DNA of 55,557 nt, filler included, from Sphacelaria rigidula (taxonomy: Eukaryota): assembly GCA_964200075.2 (NCBI GenBank). It is 5 parts of 5 records of this genome, joined end to end, with 100 filler letters (N's around TTAATTAATTAA, not from the genome) between each part and the next. Parts side by side here need not be neighbours in the genome. Positions count along the whole stretch, not along the records: positions 44,527 to 55,557 come from CAXNAA020005509.1; 4 more parts are not named here. The stretch is one strand, 5' to 3'. A program made the position numbers and the translations under genes. Below are positions 49,639 through 55,557 of this stretch, piece by piece. Below the pieces are notes generated by a model that saw nothing but the letters and a program-made list of their open reading frames with translations, was not told the origin of the DNA and did no database searches. Position 1 is the stretch's first letter. Each line of letters opens with the position of its first letter.

Positions 49639-52600
49639 CCTGCTTGTTTCGTGGTCCCTTCTGTCGCGATCGTTGTTGCTGATGCTGGTGCTGATATAGA
49701 GACTGTCACGATCACTGCCCGAAGCTGCGTGTTGCCCCGGCGAATGATTTGCTGGAGAGAGACACAATTTTCGAATAGATTCGCTATTTTTCACTCTCTC
49801 AGCGATCACTAGCTCGATGTGCCGGTTTCTCGACTGTGGTAAGCTCTGGCCAGTTATGATGCTAACGTTGTCAATGTGTCAAATTTCAATTTGTCTGTGT
49901 GACGACATGGATATCTCGAAGATCATTGAAATCGTACATACCCCCCTTTTCGATAAGAGGGGGGGGGGGTATGCATGACAAACGGGTACTGCGTACACTT
50001 GAAGAGTTGACAGCACAGACACGCGTTCACCGGCTGGTCGGCTGGTACTGACCCGGACGGCACCTTGAGACAGTAGTGTCTGGCCTGCGCTAGTCCTGGA
50101 GAGGGGGATGAATGGATTGTCAGAGGTGAGATCAGGGTGACGTCGTTATTTTTTTTGTGTGACCGATATATGTCTACTGTCAGCGCAGTACCGTATACCT
50201 TGCAGGATGCGTCAAACCGCACGGTGCAACATGAACATGTGACTTCGGTTTGCGCCTGATCTGTGAAGGCGATGTTAATAGTTAAGTTACGGGCAGTACA
50301 TCTTTGTACAGCTAGTATGATGCATGTGCAGCTCGGCGCACGGTGCGGTACGGTACGGTATGGTGCGATACGGTAATAGGACTCTACCGTCGAGGCTTGT
50401 CCGGCAAGATACACCTGTGGTGTCACTTGTTGAAGGAGATTCCGAAGTAGTATACAGGCAGTACAGAGACAGCAGTACCCTCGGAGGGGCTGTTGAAACG
50501 TACCTCGCGCGGGGGCAACGCCCGTTATCCTGCGGATCTCGTGCTGCGGGTCCCATCTATGATGAGAGTGTGTCCCGCGATAATCATACATTTACGTAGT
50601 TCAGCCCCCCCTGTCGTGATGAGTTCCCAATAGCCACTGCAGTGGCTGTTGCGTAGATTCTACAAGGATCGGAGTCGATCAACATGAAGACGCCGATTGC
50701 CAGTACAGACAGTGCAGACAACAGTAGGCATCTCATCCAGCACCGAGCTTCTGCCGCTTCAACATGGTAAAGCAGCTGTACAGATAACGTAGCGCAGGTG
50801 CCTCAAGTGGCGGCGGGTTAACATGTCGATGCCCCGTCTCCGTGACGGTCGTGTTCCCGACCTTGCATCAACTGCCGCATGAAACGTCGGTCGCCGCAAC
50901 GATGTCGTTAGACCATCTTTTATGGCAGTCACCAATCTCTCTATTTTTTCGAGCATCGGGGGAAAACCAATCCGGAAACCCATGTTATGGACCCCTCTTT
51001 CGACCAAATCGGGAGAGGAACAATCGGAGTGTCACGATCTCAGAACGATTCCCCCCGATTTTGCGAAAAATATAGGGAAAGCTAGACTTTTGCTTCTTAT
51101 GCGCGCATACAGTTTCGAATAAAACGGGTTTTTGCGCATAGCCTTGTGCGTTTTTCTAAAAACATACTTCGTACGTTTTGGAGATTTCATTATAACAAAA
51201 GTACAAGTGTAAGAGCTAAGTTTTACACATAACTTGCATATAGTTCTCCAGCGGGATTTTGCACCCCATGCCCAGCAGCTAGTCGCTCTCCCCCCGCATG
51301 GTGTTTACTTCGCGGCTAATTTCCTCTATCTGTCGCCTGGCGACTGTATCCACAGCCGGTGTGACTTCCTCTTGTTCGCGGTCGTACTCTTCCCGATCCG
51401 CGATGTCGTCGGGGGCACCGGCGCCGCCGGTGCTCGGGGCGTCAGCCTGTTCTTCCATCAGTACGCAGACTGCTCCCATTACAAAGTACAGTATGAACTT
51501 AAACAAACGATGCGACCCCTCTCCGACTGCTCACAGCGCAAAGTACGTGTTCCGGGTGTACCACCTTTCAACACTCGTACTGCCTGCAGTCGAACAGTAA
51601 GATGGCTGGATGTTCAGGGCGCCGTTCTGCACCCCTGCTTCCACGTCAGCGTGTTGAATGACAATCGCTTCGATGCTCGGTATCAGCTATACAGAAGTCC
51701 CGAGCCCTGATCCGTTCTATTTCTGTCCGGTGCTCGTCATTACACATGTATCATGATTCATGTGTGATTCAATTTTATTCAATGATGCGATTGGGAATTC
51801 TTCCGCTCCCACAACACACATATTCCCTTGATTGAGAATATTTCGCCATATAATACTCCAACGGGATTATGCACCCCATGCCCAGCAGCTGGCAGCTGCC
51901 CACGGGTGGTCCATGTGGCGTGGCTCGTCGAGTCGTGGCGTTTGGGTTCGTTGTTTTTCAAGCTTGTTGCGGGCTTCATATCGCTTATTGTGATGTATGT
52001 GAACTATTCCATGTTTATGTGAAACTGATGGAAAAATAAATGTGTCATATTTCACATCAGACGTGGGCTTTTGCTTTTTTTGCGCTTTTTTTATATATAT
52101 ATATATATGCCGGAAGGTACGTTCCGTGAGGGATGCTGCCAAGAACCGCCTCAAGAAGGGCGCCAAAAAGGCGCATAGGTCGCGCATATTTAGTGAAAAT
52201 ACGTACGCATCAATCGGCGCATAATTTTCTCCTTGAAGCACAAAAAAAATGAAATGAAACGAATAAATAAAATAAAATACGCGTGAAAAGCAAAGTCTAG
52301 GAAAAGCTGAAACCAATTTTCATGGGAACCAATGCCGAATCTGGCGGGACCCCAATCTGTGCCAAATGGGGGGACTCAGATTTGCGAAACTCAGATCGGT
52401 GTGTGCCACATTATGGCTTCACAGATATCGTGATATAGTTACGTAGACGGAAGGTCATTTTCTGCAGGGGCGTGGTATTACAGTGAAGCCGAAGAACAGC
52501 CAGGTAGTGAACTATCCTTCAAGAGCAGCGTCGTACCAAGGTACCCTAGGGTATGACGGAGTGCAGTACACTCCACAATCACAGTACACGATGATGCCGT

Positions 52601-53237
52601 GTGGTTATACATGATGGTACAGTCGGTATTTGCAAGAACAGTGCACAGTGTGAATTTACGAGTGCAGTGCCATTCATCACCCTGCAGGTATAGCGACAGC
52701 AGAGTGTATGATGGTATAGCACCGTTTGTTGTGATGATACATACAACAGCGCAGTGCATCATGAAATATTACCATCGCCGCAGAGTACGGTATCAAAACT
52801 TCTTATCCGCTTGTCAAACCCCGCGCAATGCTACTCCAATAGCTGGCGCAGGCAGACACAGCCTGTGTTGTCACAAGACTGCCTGCTGCTGCGGCTGCGA
52901 AAATACCAAACGCCTGTTTCTCCATCACCGTACGTTAATGTACGTACGTCACTTCCTACAGATTCGGGGGAACTCGATTTTCCCCCGATCTGCGCTCAGA
53001 TCCGGAGAAAACCGTCCTCAAATCATGACATACGAATCTGAGCTCCCCCGATTTGGAGTCCATATAAGGCGTTTCCCGATTTGAATTCCCCGATCTGCGT
53101 ACAGATACGTTTTTATGACTGTTATAAAAAATGGTCTGGAGTCCGCCGATTATTTTAGAGGGTGACGTACGTACATTGTTAGGACAAGGGGCGTTTGACG
53201 TTTATAGAACTGCACGCAATCCAAGCACATGCACTTA

Positions 53238-53425
53238 GGGTCTGTCTTAGCACAGAGTTTTCGATCGAAAAAGTGCGGAGAGAAACAAAAATCCTGATCT
53301 GATAGGTCATGATTTCAACCATCTTCAAAATTGACGACGATGGTTGAAATTACGACCTGTCAGATCGGGATTTTTGCTTCCCTCCGCACAATTTCGATCG
53401 AAAACTCATGTTCTAAGACAGGGCC
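53238..53425. mobile_element. Palindromic Tourist-like MITE
   Basis: GGGTCTGTCTTAG / CTAAGACAGGGCC termini, TTA on the left flank, near-complete hairpin with a ~15-nt loop. Confidence 0.65.
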
Positions 53426-53444
53426 AGCCGTGGTGGACAGTCTC

Positions 53445-54904
53445 ATGGGCCAAATCGGCATGCGCGAGTTGTAGGACGAACGTAGCCTCGAACGTGCTTC
53501 GTAGTAAGGGCGGGGCGGGACAGAAGTGAGCAGCAGAAATGTGGAGGAAGAACAGAAAGTGCTACCTGAGGCTGTAGACGAGGAAGAACAGGCTGCCGAA
53601 GTGATCATGCGGGCGGCTGCATATGCGATGCGCCAGAAGAGAAGCCGTCACATGAGGGTCCAACAGCGGGTTACAGCACTGAGTAGTATGCTTGAGCCGA
53701 ACGACGAAGACAGCCAAGGTGATGGTCGGAGAGCACCGCGCACCGTCTTTTGAAGACTCAGCTTGGGCCAAAATACTTCGTAACCCAGCGCTCGCGGATC
53801 CCATATCGCGAGAGGCCAAGGCCTTCAGAGGCCGTTTTCGGGTGTCATTTCATTCAGATCGTTCAGCTTGTTCAGGAGCGCAAATGGTTGCCATCGAGGG
53901 TTATAGACGTGTCCGGGCGGCAGTGCATTCCCGTGAAGCTGAAGGTATGTGTGGTATGCGCACGGGAGAACAGTTGCTATAGATGCGGTGTTCACAGCGT
54001 TTTTACACAGCGCGCAGAAATTTATCTCTTGTGCTGTGCTGTGGAGATATTTCAGCCACAAACCGACTGTGCAGTGTACAGAATCCGAGGGTGTGTAAAG
54101 CAGTAGTGCTGTTCGCGGCAGTGTTCTGCAGTACATCATATGCATTGCACCGCACCGCACTGCGTGGTAACTTCAGTGTAGGCGACTGCACGGTACGGCC
54201 GCGGAGTGACGTGGATACGTGGCACATCGGCATGACTCATTTCGGTAACAATCTTTTGCTTGACGGTGCGCCCGTAGGTCAGCGAAAAACCGCCGGAAGT
54301 GCCATATCGCCGCGGGAAAATGTACCCACCGTCGGCGGGAACGTGCATTATACGCGTTGGTGTCTCCGATATGCAGGTGTTGGATGCGCTGCAAACTCTG
54401 CGGAGGGAAACATGCTTCGACGGCATAAACCGGATGTCGTTGATGAGCGAACCAGTGGCGTGTATGTCCTTCCATTCGTTATGCGAGCACTTCGCCCAGG
54501 AGCCGTATGACGATCACGTGCGCGTTTCGAGCGGAGAAGATCAGGACAAAGTCATGGAGGACTTTCACAAACTCGGATTCACAGGAGCTGTGGGGTCCAC
54601 GGATGTCACCCGCGTAAAGTGGGACTGCTGCCCCTACAGCGAGCAAGGGCTTTACACGGGAAAGGAAGGCTACCCGTGTGTCGCAGATCAGGCGTCGGTC
54701 GATCACTCGGGGCGAGTCCTCGCCGTCACGATGGGCTTCCCTGAATCCTTCGACGATAGAACGATCATCCCGTTTGACTCTGCTGTCACGAAGATTAAGA
54801 ATGATCCAGTCTACAAAAACCGAGTGTTCAATCTCACGGCGGCCGACGGCACGACGGTGGAGTGTGGAGGGAACTACTTGCTGGTGGACAACGGATACGA
54901 TAAG
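53445..54904 (+). pseudogene. PIF/Harbinger transposase, intron-containing, degenerate
   Basis: Exon 54377-54904 encodes LGFTGAVGSTDVTRVKWDCCP...GLYTGKEGYP...YLLVDNGYDK (first two catalytic Asp of the Harbinger/Plant_tran DDE domain). The upstream exon (to 53944, FRGRFRV motif) has in-frame stops and frameshifts; GT-AG intron 53945-54376; the third catalytic residue region was not found. Confidence 0.8.
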
Positions 54905-55557
54905 GTGAACACTACCAGAAGCTGTTGGAACCGGTCGGTCATTGCCGCAGCTTTTGGCGCCGCATGTAGTTCTCTCTCTGCAATAGCCTGTGTTCTAGGG
55001 CGTGTCTTGGCATACTATCTCTCAATCGAAAACGTGCAGCAGAAAGGAAAGTTTTGATCTGACAGTTCCACGCGGCATTTTTGTTCGAAGCTGGCTTCAT
55101 CTGTGCTTTAGAATAAGCGGCACATAGACAGGAGGCAAAATACGTCAGAGTTTCGGTTGATCTCGATCGCGAACATGCTGGGGAAACGCGTAAAAGCGCA
55201 CCTGATTCCTATCTTACAGACGACCACGCCAGGTACCACTGGTTCTCAGACGCCCGCAAAGCCCACACGACTACTGCTGAGCTACTAGACAAATCTGCAG
55301 CATCGAGCGCGAGGTCGGCGGGTGGATACTCGTGCATTGACTGCAGTGATCAGGGACGTAGTGTTGGCTTTTTCGTCGACTAAAATTCAGCATCCTCTTT
55401 CATCGTCGCACTTCAACTGACCCCCCGTGGTCAAGTGATCGATGAAACTGATAACGTTTACTGAAGATGACAGAATGAAAAAAAAAGTTTAAAACGGAAC
55501 AAGATTGCAAGGGTCGGACAAATAACGATTCGTCTGGAAATTACCTGGTTTCAGTAT

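Noticed and set aside
50324..50599. 91-aa ORF as an exon of a gene divergent from FOPNL
   Set aside because: No recognisable domain or consistent exon chain.

Overview
Eukaryotic, intron-rich, transposon-dense DNA. Gene content, splice signals and TE types suggest a stramenopile, probably a brown alga (inference). The window is not one locus: it is five pieces of 11032, 11032, 11031, 11031 and 11031 bp joined by identical 100-nt linkers (N44-TTAATTAATTAA-N44), so adjacency across linkers means nothing. Three host genes are supported: (1) a pyruvate dehydrogenase E2 paralogue (terminal exon 7536-8924) whose catalytic DHRxxDG motif reads DRRVVDE, i.e. E3BP/PDHX-like; (2) the last four exons of the tRNA-splicing ligase RtcB (minus strand); (3) a LisH-domain FOR20/FOPNL centriolar gene (minus strand). 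The rest is TE-derived: nested hAT elements with 8-bp TSDs, a degenerate intron-containing PIF/Harbinger transposase, chained TTAA piggyBac-like MITEs, foldback MITEs, tRNA-derived SINE-like heads, RTE-like and gypsy-like fragments, an oligo(C)-tailed APE-type LINE that inserts antisense into G-tracts of its own copies, and a TGT...ACA element carrying Pol III boxes that occurs in two inversion isomers.
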